Below are positions 1 to 9,739 of a DNA stretch of 32,000 nt, one piece after another (within the stretch, counting starts at the first letter, position 1; each line of letters opens with the position of its first letter). The stretch covers positions 4,590,001 to 4,622,000 of the forward strand of contig LT962688.1 of NCBI GenBank assembly GCA_900234795.1, written 5' to 3'. The notes beneath the pieces are model-generated. The model worked only from the letters and a program-made list of their open reading frames with translations. It had not been told where the DNA came from and did not search any database. Source of the DNA: Methylorubrum extorquens (GTDB lineage: Bacteria > Pseudomonadota > Alphaproteobacteria > Rhizobiales > Beijerinckiaceae). A program made the translations under genes and the position numbers.

Positions 1-428
1 ACAAGCTGCACATTACCTTCAACGAGCGCGACACCGCCAATCTCGACGTCCAGGGCAAGGATCTGACGGCCGACGGCCTGAGCCTGACCTCGATCACCGG
101 CAACTCGGGTGCGACGGCGAACGGCCAGGGCAACTTCCTGCTCGACACCGACATCAAGGGCACGCTGACCAAGCTGACGGCAGGCTCCGACACCCTGCGC
201 TCGGCGAGCTCGACCTTCGGCTCTAACCTCTCCGTGGTGCAGAACCGGCAGGACTTCACCAAGCGGCTCGTCAACATCCTCGATACCGGCGCCTCGAACC
301 TGACCAACGCCGACCTCAACGAGGAGGCGGCGAACTCCCAGGCGCTCTCGACCCGTCAGTCGCTGGGCATCTCGGCGCTGTCGCTCGCCAACCAGGCCCA
401 GCAGGGCATTCTCCAGCTCCTGCGCTGA
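1..428 (+). CDS. flagellin, C-terminal part (5' end lies outside the window)
   Basis: The reading frame is open from base 3 to TGA at 426-428. The tail ...VQNRQDFTKRLVNILDTGASNLTNADLNEEAANSQALSTRQSLGISALSLANQAQQGILQLLR is the conserved flagellin C-terminal helical region. An intrinsic terminator follows. Confidence 0.85.
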   Translation, partial: KLHITFNERDTANLDVQGKDLTADGLSLTSITGNSGATANGQGNFLLDTDIKGTLTKLTAGSDTLRSASSTFGSNLSVVQNRQDFTKRLVNILDTGASNLTNADLNEEAANSQALSTRQSLGISALSLANQAQQGILQLLR

Positions 429-461
429 TCGGCATCGGTCGTCGCAGGCGGGTGGGTTTCG

Positions 462-494
462 GGGGCGATCGCGCGAAGCGGTCGCCCCTTTTTC
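462..494 (+). terminator. rho-independent terminator after flagellin
   Basis: Stem GGGGCGA (462-468) pairs with TCGCCCC (482-488) and is followed by TTTTT (489-493). Confidence 0.7.
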
Positions 495-645
495 GTTGGA
501 GGGGCTGGCGTCCACACCCGACGGCGGCGCATCCCCGCCCCGTGGCGTCCGGGCGAGCCTGTCCATAAATCAGCCGCGTTGTGCGCTGCTTGATCGGTCC
601 TGGTACGCTCTTCGTTGCGTGCCGGCCGGGGACCTCAACCGCTCG

Positions 646-3600
646 ATGAACGCCATCCTGATCAAGCTGTTCGCGACCGCGCTGACCCTGTCCCAGGTCA
701 CGACGCGGCCCGACGCGGTGCGGACCCAGTTCGACCCGGCCAAGGATGGCGGGCAGGTCGTGGCGATCCTGCGCGACGGCTGCGCCCACATGCGCAAGTC
801 CTTCGACATCGAGGATATCAATCTCGATGAGCTGATCTCCACCGCCATGGAGGATCCGAGCGCGGTGGCGGGCGACAACGCGCCCAAGATCCTGCACGGG
901 CTCGACATCGCCGAGCTGAACACGAGCTACAAACAATTCTGCAAGGGCGAGAACCCGGCCAATTCGCCTTTCGAGGCGGCGGCGGTGATCGCCTTCTACA
1001 ACAACGCCGTGAAGGATCTGCCCTCGGCCGAGGCCCTGCGCGACATCAAGCTTCCCAGCGCCAGCGTCATCCTGGATGCGGCGGGCAAGCCCTATTCCGA
1101 GACCTTCGAGACGCATGGGCGCCGCCTCGTCGTGCCGATCGAGGGCGTGCCCGACCTCGTGCAAAAGGCCTTCGTCGCGGCCGAGGACAAGCGCTTCTAC
1201 CAGCACCACGGCATCGACGAGCGCGGGGTGATCCGTGCCTTCGTTGGCAACCTCGCCTCGCCGGGGCGGCCGGCCGGCGGCTCGACCATCACGCAGCAGG
1301 TGGTCAAGAACCTCTCGGTCGGCGACGACGTCACCTACGAGCGCAAGATCCGCGAGATGATCGTGGCCTCGCGGCTGGAGCGGCTCCAGACCAAGCCGCA
1401 GATCCTCGGGCTCTACCTCAATGGGATCTATCTCGGCCGCGGCGCCTACGGCATCGAGATGGCGGCGCGCTCTTGGTTCGGGAAGTCGGTCGGCGCGCTG
1501 ACGCTGCCGGAGGCCGCCCTGCTCGCCGGCCTGCCGAAGGGCCCGAACTATTACAGCCCCGACAAGTACCCGGAGCGGGCACGGGAGCGGCGCGCCTACG
1601 TGCTGAGCCGGATGAAGGAAGAGGGCACGATCACAGAAGCGCAGATGAATGCGGCGCTGGCCTCCGATCTCGGCATCAAGCCGCCGGATGCCGCGCGCCA
1701 GGATTCCGGCTTCTACCTCGTCGATCACGTGGCGCGCGAGACGCGCACCTTCGCCGGGCTCGAAACGCTCACCAACGCGAGCTACACCGTGCGCGCCACG
1801 GTGAATGCCGGCCTGCAAAGCGCGCTCGAAGCGGCGCTGCAGGAAGGTCTGGCGGCCTACGAGCGCGGCACCGGCCGCGCCCGCTACGAGGGGCCGGAAC
1901 TGAACCTGTCCGAGGCGATCAAGCGCATCGAGGCCGCCGCGCCCGCGCCGGAGCCCGCCGCCGAGCCAGCGCCCGCGCCCGAGGCGAAGAAGGGTGCCAA
2001 GACAGCCAAGGGGGCGGACAAGGGGGCCGCGAAGGCGCCGGCCAAGCCCACCGTCCAGCCCGCTTGGCAGCGCGCGCTCGCCTCCACCCGGCCGCCGCTC
2101 TACGACGTGCGCTGGCCGCTCGCGGTGGTGCTCCAGACGGGCAAGAACGGCACCAAAGTCGGCCTGCCCGACGGCCGGGTCGCGAGTCTGGAGCCCGGCC
2201 CCGCGCGCGGAAAGCTTCAAGTGTACGATGCCGTCCGGGTGCGCCTGCGCGAGGGCAAGGGCAGCCTCCGCGCCGAGCTGCGCGTGCGCCCCACCGTCCA
2301 GGGCGCGGCCATCGTCTTGGAGAACCGCACGGGCAAGATCCTGGCGATGAGCGGGGGCTTCTCCTATCCGCTGAGCCAGCTCAACCGGGTGACGCAGGCC
2401 GTGCGCCAGCCGGGCTCGACCCTGAAGCCGCTGACCTACCTCGCCGCGCTGAATGCCGGGCTCCAGCCCAACACCCTGGTGATGGATTCCGCCGTGACCC
2501 TGCCGCCGATCGGTGGGGTCGGCGATTCCTGGTCGCCCAAGAATTACGACGGCGGCGGCTCCGGGGCGACGACGATCCGGCGCGGGCTCGAATTCTCCAA
2601 GAATCTCGTCACCGCCCGCCTGCTTCAGGGCGGCATCGCGGCCAAGGCGCCCGACAGCCTGCAAAGGGTCTGCGACATCGCGCTGGAGGCCCAGCTCTAC
2701 GCCGAGTGCGAACGCTACTATCCCTTCGTGCTCGGCGCTCAGCCGGTGCGGATGATCGATCTGGCGAGCTTCTACGCGGCCATCGCCAATGAGGGCGCGC
2801 GCCCGAGCGCCTACGCTCTGGAAGCGGTCGAGCGTGACGGCAAACCACTCTACCGCCATCCCGACAAGGCGCCGGTGCGGATCGGCTCGGCCGACCGGGT
2901 CGCATTCTACCAGCTCAAGACCATACTCCAGGGCGTGACCCAGCACGGCACCGCGGCCGTGCTCTCGGGCATCTCGGCCTATGTGGCCGGCAAGACCGGT
3001 ACGTCGGAGAACGAGAACGACGCGTGGTTTGCCGGCTTCTCGAACGAGATCACCGTGGTGGTCTGGGCCGGCTACGACAACGCCGACGGCGTGCGACGCA
3101 CGCTCGGCCGCGGCCAGACCGGTGGCCACGTCTCGGTGCCGATCGCGCGGGCGATCTTCCAGGCGGCCTGGGCCAACGGCGTGGCCCGCACGCCGCTGGC
3201 GCCCCCCTCTCCGGAAGCGAAGGCGCTGATCGCCGACCTGCCGATCGAGCCGAGGAGCGGCCAGCGCGTCGCGGGCGGCGGCTTCATCGAGCATTTCCGC
3301 CTCAAGGGGGGGCAGGTCGCCGACACGCAATACGCGCTGGTGCCCCGCGACACGCTCTACGCCATGCGTCCCGATGCCGAGGATGGCGATTACGCCAACG
3401 CCGAGGACGGGGCGGACGTGGCCGGCGACCTCTTCGGCAACCTGCCGGGCGGGCGCCGGACCACCGAAGACCCGTTCGCGCAACGGCGCAGCGCCGAGAC
3501 CGATTCCGGCCGGACAGCCGACCCTTGGGGCCTACGCCGCGACCGCCGGGAGGAGCCGCAGGCTTGGCCCGGCCGCGACCGCTACGGGCAGGTCAACCCG

Positions 3601-3699
3601 GTGCCGTTCGGGTCGCCCTTCGACGACGAAGGCGACACCCGCACGCGCCAGCGCCGCCGCGATCCCGACTACCTGTTCGGCGACGACCCGGGCTACTGA
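646..3699 (+). CDS. class A penicillin-binding protein (bifunctional transglycosylase/transpeptidase, PBP1A family)
   Basis: GT51 motif EDKRFYQHHGIDERGV/RxxxQQ (GGSTITQQVVKN), and transpeptidase motifs STLK (QPGSTLKP) and KTGTS. Start set at ATG 646 (MNAILIKLF..., a short hydrophobic N-terminus) rather than TTG 496, which abuts the upstream terminator. Contains an Ala/Pro/Lys low-complexity insert (about 1933-2055). Confidence 0.9.
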   Translation: MNAILIKLFATALTLSQVTTRPDAVRTQFDPAKDGGQVVAILRDGCAHMRKSFDIEDINLDELISTAMEDPSAVAGDNAPKILHGLDIAELNTSYKQFCKGENPANSPFEAAAVIAFYNNAVKDLPSAEALRDIKLPSASVILDAAGKPYSETFETHGRRLVVPIEGVPDLVQKAFVAAEDKRFYQHHGIDERGVIRAFVGNLASPGRPAGGSTITQQVVKNLSVGDDVTYERKIREMIVASRLERLQTKPQILGLYLNGIYLGRGAYGIEMAARSWFGKSVGALTLPEAALLAGLPKGPNYYSPDKYPERARERRAYVLSRMKEEGTITEAQMNAALASDLGIKPPDAARQDSGFYLVDHVARETRTFAGLETLTNASYTVRATVNAGLQSALEAALQEGLAAYERGTGRARYEGPELNLSEAIKRIEAAAPAPEPAAEPAPAPEAKKGAKTAKGADKGAAKAPAKPTVQPAWQRALASTRPPLYDVRWPLAVVLQTGKNGTKVGLPDGRVASLEPGPARGKLQVYDAVRVRLREGKGSLRAELRVRPTVQGAAIVLENRTGKILAMSGGFSYPLSQLNRVTQAVRQPGSTLKPLTYLAALNAGLQPNTLVMDSAVTLPPIGGVGDSWSPKNYDGGGSGATTIRRGLEFSKNLVTARLLQGGIAAKAPDSLQRVCDIALEAQLYAECERYYPFVLGAQPVRMIDLASFYAAIANEGARPSAYALEAVERDGKPLYRHPDKAPVRIGSADRVAFYQLKTILQGVTQHGTAAVLSGISAYVAGKTGTSENENDAWFAGFSNEITVVVWAGYDNADGVRRTLGRGQTGGHVSVPIARAIFQAAWANGVARTPLAPPSPEAKALIADLPIEPRSGQRVAGGGFIEHFRLKGGQVADTQYALVPRDTLYAMRPDAEDGDYANAEDGADVAGDLFGNLPGGRRTTEDPFAQRRSAETDSGRTADPWGLRRDRREEPQAWPGRDRYGQVNPVPFGSPFDDEGDTRTRQRRRDPDYLFGDDPGY

Positions 3700-3746
3700 A
3701 GCCGCGCTCTCCGACGCCCCCCTCATCGACTCCTTCGAGGTCCGCT

Positions 3747-4820
3747 TTGCCCAGGCAGTTTCCGGCCGCCCTTGTCGTCGCGCTCGCGCTGGCCGTGCCG
3801 GCCCAGGCGCAGGAGGTGGCGAAAGATCCCCCCAAGGATCTCCCGAAACCCGCTGCCCTGGTCTCCGACCGGGTCAAGGACGTGCCAGCCCTGACGCCCG
3901 GCGACGCCGCGAGCCTCAAGCCCGGCACGGTGCTGTTCAGCGACCACCGCGAGGCAGCTTCGACCAATCCGGAGAGCGGGCTGATCGCCTTCGAGGCGTG
4001 GCGGAAGGCACGGGCTGCGGAGGCCGCGGCGCTGAGCCCCTGGCCCGGCTATACCGAGCCCGACTACACCCAGACGGTGAACGGCGTCGCCAAGCCGCGC
4101 CACGAGACCCTGAAGGTCTATGTTGCGGAAGGCCGCTTCGTCGTGGCCAAGCCGCCCTCCGCCATCGACCTGTCGGCCTTCGCCAATCTCGACTTCCTGG
4201 CCAAGATGGACCCGGTGATCCGCCACAAGCGGCTCGAACCGGCGGAGGTGACGCCGACCAAGGACCCGGCCGCTGCCTTTGCCAAGCGCCCTGACCGGCC
4301 CTGGTGCGGGGCGGGCGGCGTGTGCATCGAGTCGCGCTACGATCTCGAGGGCAAGCTGCCGCTGGGCGTGAAGCTCGCCAACAAGCTCGAACTCGGCAGC
4401 TCGAAGAAGGTCGCGGAGTTCGTCTCGTTCCAGAGCGAGCTGCGGGTGCTGCCACCGGCCGAGGCGGCGGGTCTCGCGGCGCTCACGAAGATCGACACGC
4501 CCGTGGCGGGCGGGCTCGAACAGACGATCTTCTGGGTCAACCAGATCCTGCGCTTCGGCAAGTTCCTGGCGGTGATGCAGCCGGCCCCCGACGATCCGAA
4601 CCGGACCGTGGTGACGACCTACATGGCGCTGGCCATCAAGGCCGACGTGCTGGAGCGCAAGCAGGAATATGCCCGCGTGCCGGTGCTGAAGAACCTGCTG
4701 CCGGTGCAGGTGCTGATGGGCAATTCCTCGTTCAACACCGGCACCTCGATCAGCGCCGGCGTGCCGACCTACGCCCGCAACCGCATCGTCGCCTTCGCCG
4801 ACGCCCTGGCGAAGCGGTGA
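3747..4820 (+). CDS. secreted hypothetical protein (signal peptide)
   Basis: The ORF track frame 3024..4820 overlaps the PBP gene. The first plausible start after the PBP stop is TTG 3747, with AGG 6-9 nt upstream, giving MPRQFPAALVVALALAVPAQA|QE, a classic Sec signal with an AxA site. GC3 is high throughout. No family recognised. Confidence 0.6.
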   Translation: MPRQFPAALVVALALAVPAQAQEVAKDPPKDLPKPAALVSDRVKDVPALTPGDAASLKPGTVLFSDHREAASTNPESGLIAFEAWRKARAAEAAALSPWPGYTEPDYTQTVNGVAKPRHETLKVYVAEGRFVVAKPPSAIDLSAFANLDFLAKMDPVIRHKRLEPAEVTPTKDPAAAFAKRPDRPWCGAGGVCIESRYDLEGKLPLGVKLANKLELGSSKKVAEFVSFQSELRVLPPAEAAGLAALTKIDTPVAGGLEQTIFWVNQILRFGKFLAVMQPAPDDPNRTVVTTYMALAIKADVLERKQEYARVPVLKNLLPVQVLMGNSSFNTGTSISAGVPTYARNRIVAFADALAKR

Positions 4821-4985
4821 CGCGTACCTGCCGGTGTCACCTGTTTCTCACAAAAGTGTGAGCAGGAAGGGATCTGTCACCGGAAGAGCACAGACACACT
4901 CTGGTATATTGGATAAAGTACAACGACTCGTTCCTGAGACCGCGAGTTACCTCAGCCGGCGCGCCCCCAAGGCGCGCCGCTTTTT
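4821..4985 (+). ncRNA. candidate structured 3'UTR or small RNA ending in a terminator
   Basis: Locally AT-richer stretch with nested hairpins: CCGGTG 4831-4836 / CACCGG 4879-4884 enclosing CTCACA-AAAG-TGTGAG at about 4847-4862, and CTGAG-N12-CTCAG at about 4934-4955. A TGGTATATT -10-like box lies at about 4902-4910, and a canonical terminator closes the region. No family recognised. Confidence 0.3.
4957..4985 (+). terminator. rho-independent terminator
   Basis: 9-bp GC stem CGGCGCGCC (4957-4965) / GGCGCGCCG (4971-4979), loop CCCAA, then TTTTT at 4981-4985. Confidence 0.8.
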
Positions 4986-5133
4986 GTTGGGCTTCGAGCC
5001 CGGCCCCACGGTGACCGAGCAGCTGGTCGCCGCAATCGGTGCCCAGGCGATGCGCCCCTGTACGAGCGGATCGCGCATCCGGGCCAGCCGGTGCGCAAGG
5101 TGACCCTGAGCGGGCGGGCGATGCTGTGGGGGT

Positions 5134-5172
5134 GAGACGGCTTACCGCTCGGTCAAAGCGGTCAGCCGTCTC
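5134..5172. repeat. 39-nt nested palindrome / hairpin downstream of the RND permease gene
   Basis: GAGACGGCT-t-ACCGCT-cggtcaa-AGCGGT-c-AGCCGTCTC: a 9-bp outer stem plus a 6-bp inner stem. Confidence 0.6.
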
Positions 5173-5262
5173 AACAAGCCCGTGCGGCGCCCGAGCGACA
5201 GGCGATAATCCGCTTATAGGGAAGCAACTCGGCGGATCTCGTACGAGGGGCGCTGACGCCCC

Positions 5263-8200
5263 TCAATGCGCCTCTGCGGGCGAATGCGCCTGCGCGGCTG
5301 CGACCCGGTCCGAGGCCTCGGAATGCGCGGCGGGCTTGCGCCGCGAGAAGGTGAGGATCAGCACCGGCAGCACGAGCAGGATCAGCAGGGGGGCCAGCGC
5401 CATGCCGCCCACCACCACCAGCGCCAGCGGCTTCTGCACCTGCGAGCCGACGCCGGTGGAGAAGGCTGCGGGCAGCAAGCCGACGCCGGCCACGACGCAG
5501 GTCATCACCACGGGGCGCATCTGCGTGTAGCAGGTGCGCAGCATCGCCGGCACGCGCTGCACGCCGGCAGCCAGGAGATCGTTGTAGAAGGACAGCACGA
5601 TGATGCCGTCCATCACCGCGATGCCGAGCAGCGCGATGAAGCCGATCGCCGCCGAGACGCTGAACGAGGTGCCGGTCAGCGAGAGCGCCAGGATGCCGCC
5701 GGCCATCGCCATCGGGATCACGCTGAGCGCGAGCAGCGAATCCACCACGGACGAGAAGTTCATGAACAGCAGGATCGCGATGATGCCGACCGCGATCGGC
5801 ACGGTCACGGAGAGGCGGGCGATCGCGCCCTTCATGTTGTTGAACTCGCCGACCAGCTCCAGCCGATAGCCCGGCGGCAGCGTCACCTCGTTGGCGACGC
5901 GGGCGCGCGCCTCCTCGATGGTGCTGCCGAGGTCGCGTCCGCGCACGGAGAACTTCACCGGCAGGTAGCGCTCCTGCGCCTCGCGGTAGATGTAGGCGGG
6001 GCCGGAGACGAGCTCGACCCGCGCCACAGCGCTCAGGGGGAACTGCACGGGCGCACCGTTGGCCGGGCTCTGGCCGGCGATGCGCAGGTTGGCGATCGCC
6101 TCGATGCTCTGGCGGAACTGGGGCTGGAGGCGCACCATGATCGGGTAGTGCCGCTCGGAGCCGGGATCGTAGAGGTCGCCGGCCGAGTCGCCGCCAATGG
6201 CGGTGCGCACCGTGGTGTTGATGTCGCCCGGCGTCAGGCCGTAGCGGGCGGCGCGCACCCGGTCCACGTCGATCTCGATGGTCGGCTGGCCGAGCGACTG
6301 GAACACCGCCAGATCCTCGACGCCGCGGACCGTGGAGAGCACCTTCATCACGCTTTTCGCGCTGTCGGTGAGCTTCTGCAGGTCGTTGCCGAAGATCTTG
6401 AACGAGTTCTCGCCCTTGATGCCGGAGACCGCCTCGGCGACGTTGTCCTGAAGGTATTGCGACAGGTTGAAATCGACGCCGGGGAAGGCGGCCTGGAGCT
6501 TGTGCAGCATCTCCTCGGTGAGCGTCTCCTTGTCCACGCCGGGGCGCCACTGTTCGAGCGGCTTCATCGGCGCGAAGAACTCGGCGTTGAAGAAGCCGGC
6601 CGCATCGGTGCCGTCGTCCGGGCGCCCGTGCTGCGAGACCACGCGCTCAACCTCGGGCAGCGAGGCGATGATCTTGCGCATCTCGTTGACGTAGCCGTTG
6701 CTCTCCCGCAGCGAGATCGTCGCCGGCATGGTGGCGCGGACCCAGAGATTGCCCTCTTCGAGTTTCGGCAGGAACTCCGAGCCGAGATTGCGCGCCGCCA
6801 GCCCGACGCCGACCGCGATCAGCGCGACGCAGGCCACGGTAACGAGCCGGGCGCCGAGCGCCGCGCGCACCGCCGGGCGGTACATCCAGTCGAGGGCGCG
6901 CACGAGGATCGTCTCCTTCTCCTCGATATGCGCGGGGAGAAGGTAGGCGGCGAGCGCGGGCGTGACGGTGAAGGTGGCGATGAGGCCGCCGAGCAGGGCG
7001 TAGGCATAGGTCGTCGCCATCGGCCCGAAGATGTGGCCCTCGACGCCGGTGAGCGTGAAGAGCGGCAGGAAGCCGGTGACGATGATCGCCGCGGCAAAGA
7101 AGATCGAGCGGCTGACATCGCTGGCCGCGAGCGCGATGCGCCCCGATTGCGCGTCGAGCCCCGGCGGCGGGTAGCCGGGGATGCCGTGGCCCGACAGGCG
7201 CCGGAAGATCGCCTCGACCATGATGACGGTGCCGTCGACGATGAGGCCGAAATCGAGCGCGCCGACCGAGAGCAGGTTGGCGGATTCGTCGCGCGCCACG
7301 AGGATGACGACGGCGAAGAACAAGGCGAACGGGATCGTCGCCACGACGATGAGCGCCGAGCGCAGGTTGCCGAGGAACAGCCACTGGATCGCGAGGATCA
7401 GCAGGATGCCCACCACCATGTTGTGCAGCACGGTGTGGGTGGTGACCGCGATCAGGTCGGCGCGGTCGTAGATGCGCTCGATCTTCACGCCCGGCGGCAG
7501 GATGCCGGCGGCCTCGATCTTGGCGACCTCCACTTTCACGGCTTCGATCGAGGGCGTCGACTTCTCGCCGCGGCGCATCAGGACGATGCCCTGGACGATG
7601 TCGTCCTCGTCGTTCATCCCGGCGATGCCGAGCCGCGGCTGGTGGCCGATCGTGACGGTGGCCACGTCCTTGACCAGCACCGGCGCGCCGCCGACCTGAG
7701 TCAGCACCGTGCCGTTGATGTCGTCGATGTCGCGGATCAGGCCGACCGCGCGCACCACCGCCGACTGGCCGCCGATGGCGACGCGGTTGCCGCCGACATT
7801 GAGGTTGCTGTCGTTGAGGGTCTTGACGACATTGGCGAGGGAGAGGCCGTAGGCCATCAGCCGGTCGAGATCGACCGAGAGCTCGATGGTCTTGGTCTTG
7901 CCGCCCCAGCCGATAGCGTCGATCACGCCGGGCACCGCGCGGAAGCGCTTCTTCAGCACCCATTCCTGGAGCGTGCGCAGGTCGAGCACGCTGTAGCCCG
8001 GCGGCGCCGTGAGCTTGTAGCGGAAGATCTCGCCGATCGGGCTGATCGGCGAGATGGTGGGCTTGGCGCCGGCCGGCAGCGGATCGAGCTGCTGCAGGCG
8101 GTTCAAGACCTGCTGCTCGGCCTGGAGGTAGTCGAACTCGAAGCCGAACTGCAGCTTCACGTCGGACAGGCCGTAGAGCGAGATGGTGCGAACCTGTTTG

Positions 8201-8433
8201 AGGTTCGGCATGCCCGAGGTGATCCGCTCGATCGGGATCGTGACGTAGCGCTCGATCTCCTCGGCCGAGAGGCCGTCGGTCTGGGTCACGACATCGACCA
8301 TCGGCGGGGTCGGGTCGGGATAGGCCTCGATGTTGAGGTTCTGGAAGGCGGCCAAGCCGCCGACCACGAACAGCACGAAAGCGAGGATGACGAGGGGCCG
8401 TTGCCGGAGCGCGAGCGCGACGATGCCGTTCAT
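5263..8433 (-). CDS. RND efflux permease, CzcA/CusA (heavy-metal efflux, COG3696)-like
   Basis: 1056 aa. N-terminus MNGIVALALRQRPLVILAFVLFVVGGLAAFQNLNIEAYPDPTPPMVDVVTQ...SAEEIERYVTIPIE is typical of the CzcA-family RND proteins. Twelve-TM architecture with two large periplasmic loops. An MFP gene lies immediately upstream. Confidence 0.88.
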   Translation of the reverse strand: MNGIVALALRQRPLVILAFVLFVVGGLAAFQNLNIEAYPDPTPPMVDVVTQTDGLSAEEIERYVTIPIERITSGMPNLKQVRTISLYGLSDVKLQFGFEFDYLQAEQQVLNRLQQLDPLPAGAKPTISPISPIGEIFRYKLTAPPGYSVLDLRTLQEWVLKKRFRAVPGVIDAIGWGGKTKTIELSVDLDRLMAYGLSLANVVKTLNDSNLNVGGNRVAIGGQSAVVRAVGLIRDIDDINGTVLTQVGGAPVLVKDVATVTIGHQPRLGIAGMNDEDDIVQGIVLMRRGEKSTPSIEAVKVEVAKIEAAGILPPGVKIERIYDRADLIAVTTHTVLHNMVVGILLILAIQWLFLGNLRSALIVVATIPFALFFAVVILVARDESANLLSVGALDFGLIVDGTVIMVEAIFRRLSGHGIPGYPPPGLDAQSGRIALAASDVSRSIFFAAAIIVTGFLPLFTLTGVEGHIFGPMATTYAYALLGGLIATFTVTPALAAYLLPAHIEEKETILVRALDWMYRPAVRAALGARLVTVACVALIAVGVGLAARNLGSEFLPKLEEGNLWVRATMPATISLRESNGYVNEMRKIIASLPEVERVVSQHGRPDDGTDAAGFFNAEFFAPMKPLEQWRPGVDKETLTEEMLHKLQAAFPGVDFNLSQYLQDNVAEAVSGIKGENSFKIFGNDLQKLTDSAKSVMKVLSTVRGVEDLAVFQSLGQPTIEIDVDRVRAARYGLTPGDINTTVRTAIGGDSAGDLYDPGSERHYPIMVRLQPQFRQSIEAIANLRIAGQSPANGAPVQFPLSAVARVELVSGPAYIYREAQERYLPVKFSVRGRDLGSTIEEARARVANEVTLPPGYRLELVGEFNNMKGAIARLSVTVPIAVGIIAILLFMNFSSVVDSLLALSVIPMAMAGGILALSLTGTSFSVSAAIGFIALLGIAVMDGIIVLSFYNDLLAAGVQRVPAMLRTCYTQMRPVVMTCVVAGVGLLPAAFSTGVGSQVQKPLALVVVGGMALAPLLILLVLPVLILTFSRRKPAAHSEASDRVAAAQAHSPAEAH

Positions 8434-8524
8434 GGGGGCGGTTCCAACCTCGCGCCGTCGGGCGCGGCCGGGGACGGCCCCGGCTCGGAATGCTTGTTTT
8501 CGCGGGAAGCGGTGGGCCGGGCTC

Positions 8525-9739
8525 TCAGCCGGGCTGGTCGGTCATGCCGTCGATGAACAGGGCGCCCTTCGAGATCACCCGCTCGCCGAGCGCGAGCCCT
8601 TCCGTGACCTCGATGTCGTTGCCGTCGAGGAAGCCGGTCTTGACCGCGCGGCTCTCGACGGCGTTGCCGGCGCCGAGCACCCAGACCCGCGCCTTGTCGC
8701 CCTCGAAGATCACCGATTGGCGCGGCACGGCGCGGGAGACGGTCTCGCGCTCGTTGATGATGTGGACGCTGGCATACATCTCGGGCTTCAAGAGCCCCTT
8801 GGGATTGTCGACCTCGGCGCGCACGACGATGCGGCGGGTGGCGGGATCGACCGAGGCGCCGATGTAGTTGATGCGGCTCTCGAAGGTCTGGTTCGGGTAG
8901 GCGAGCACCCGGAAGCGGATGCGCTCGCCGAGATCGACCTTGGCCGCATCGGTCTCGCGCAACTGCGCGACGATCCAGACCCGGCCGAGATCGCCGATGA
9001 GGTAGGAGGGGTCGGAGCCGCCGGTGTTGATGTACTGGCCCGGGCCGATCTTGCGCTGGATCACGGTGCCGGAGAGCGGCGCGTTGATCGTCGTCTCGGG
9101 GTTGATTGCGCCCTTGGTCTGGAGCGCCTTCATGTCGTCGTCGGCGAGCCCAAGGATGCGCAGGCGGTTGCGCACCGCCTCCAGGCCGACCTCTGCCGTC
9201 TTGGCGTCGTTCTGCGCCGTCGTGAGGTCGTTCTGCGCGGTCTGCAATTCCTTCAGCGTGGTCACGCGGGAATCGTAGAGGTCGTGCAAGCGCTTCTCGG
9301 TGTTGGTGGCGTAGGAGAGCTGCGAGCGCGTCTTGTTGAGCACGTTCAGCGCCGCGAGGAAGTCGTTCTGCGCCTGGACCATCTCGTTGGCCTGGAGCGA
9401 GAACAGCTTGTCGCCCTGCCTCACCCGCTCGCCGGAGCGGGCGAAGATGGTGATGACCCGGCCGGCATAGGGTGAGAAGACGGGCGTCGCGCGGTACTCG
9501 TCGACGCTGATCTTCCCCTCGGTGGCGATGTCCTCGTAGAACAGCCGCTGCTCGACCGCCACGGTGGTGACGGTGGCAAGCTGGCTCTCGGTGAGCACGA
9601 AGCGCCCCGGTGCGGTGGCCGTCACGGCGGCCGGCATCGGCACGGCGGCATCGACTTCCTTCGGGCGGCCGTACCAGAGGGCGGCCGCCGCGCCTGCCCC
9701 CAGCACGCAGGCAACGAGAAGTTGCGTGCGCAGCCGCAT
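8525..9739 (-). CDS. RND efflux periplasmic adaptor (membrane fusion protein)
   Basis: Lipoyl/barrel-sandwich and coiled-coil pattern (...PYAGRVITIFARSGERVRQGDKLFSL...INAPLSGTVIQRKIGPGQYI...). Start chosen at ATG 9739 (MRLRTQLLVACVLGAGAAAAL, a membrane anchor). The track start at 9778 is an alternative. Confidence 0.85.
   Translation of the reverse strand: MRLRTQLLVACVLGAGAAAALWYGRPKEVDAAVPMPAAVTATAPGRFVLTESQLATVTTVAVEQRLFYEDIATEGKISVDEYRATPVFSPYAGRVITIFARSGERVRQGDKLFSLQANEMVQAQNDFLAALNVLNKTRSQLSYATNTEKRLHDLYDSRVTTLKELQTAQNDLTTAQNDAKTAEVGLEAVRNRLRILGLADDDMKALQTKGAINPETTINAPLSGTVIQRKIGPGQYINTGGSDPSYLIGDLGRVWIVAQLRETDAAKVDLGERIRFRVLAYPNQTFESRINYIGASVDPATRRIVVRAEVDNPKGLLKPEMYASVHIINERETVSRAVPRQSVIFEGDKARVWVLGAGNAVESRAVKTGFLDGNDIEVTEGLALGERVISKGALFIDGMTDQPG

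Noticed and set aside
316-3483. 1055-aa ORF antisense to the PBP1A gene. Similar very long antisense or out-of-frame ORFs occur at 5266-8556, 9992-12256, 13992-16358, 17899-19488, 18443-20425, 19318-20850 and 29291-30922.
   Set aside because: These are typical high-GC shadow ORFs. Their composition is dominated by Arg/Gly/Ala/Pro with no recognisable motifs. Each lies opposite or overlapping a gene with clear family signatures and the expected high third-position GC.
3024-3746. N-terminal 240 aa of track ORF 3024-4820, overlapping the PBP1A 3' end.
   Set aside because: This part is Arg/Pro-rich nonsense in an alternative frame of a well-supported gene. A signal peptide with an upstream SD begins at TTG 3747, just after the PBP stop.
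4834-5103. 89-aa + strand ORF spanning the candidate sRNA region and its terminator.
   Set aside because: It reads straight through a canonical rho-independent terminator and has poor codon bias. It is more likely non-coding.
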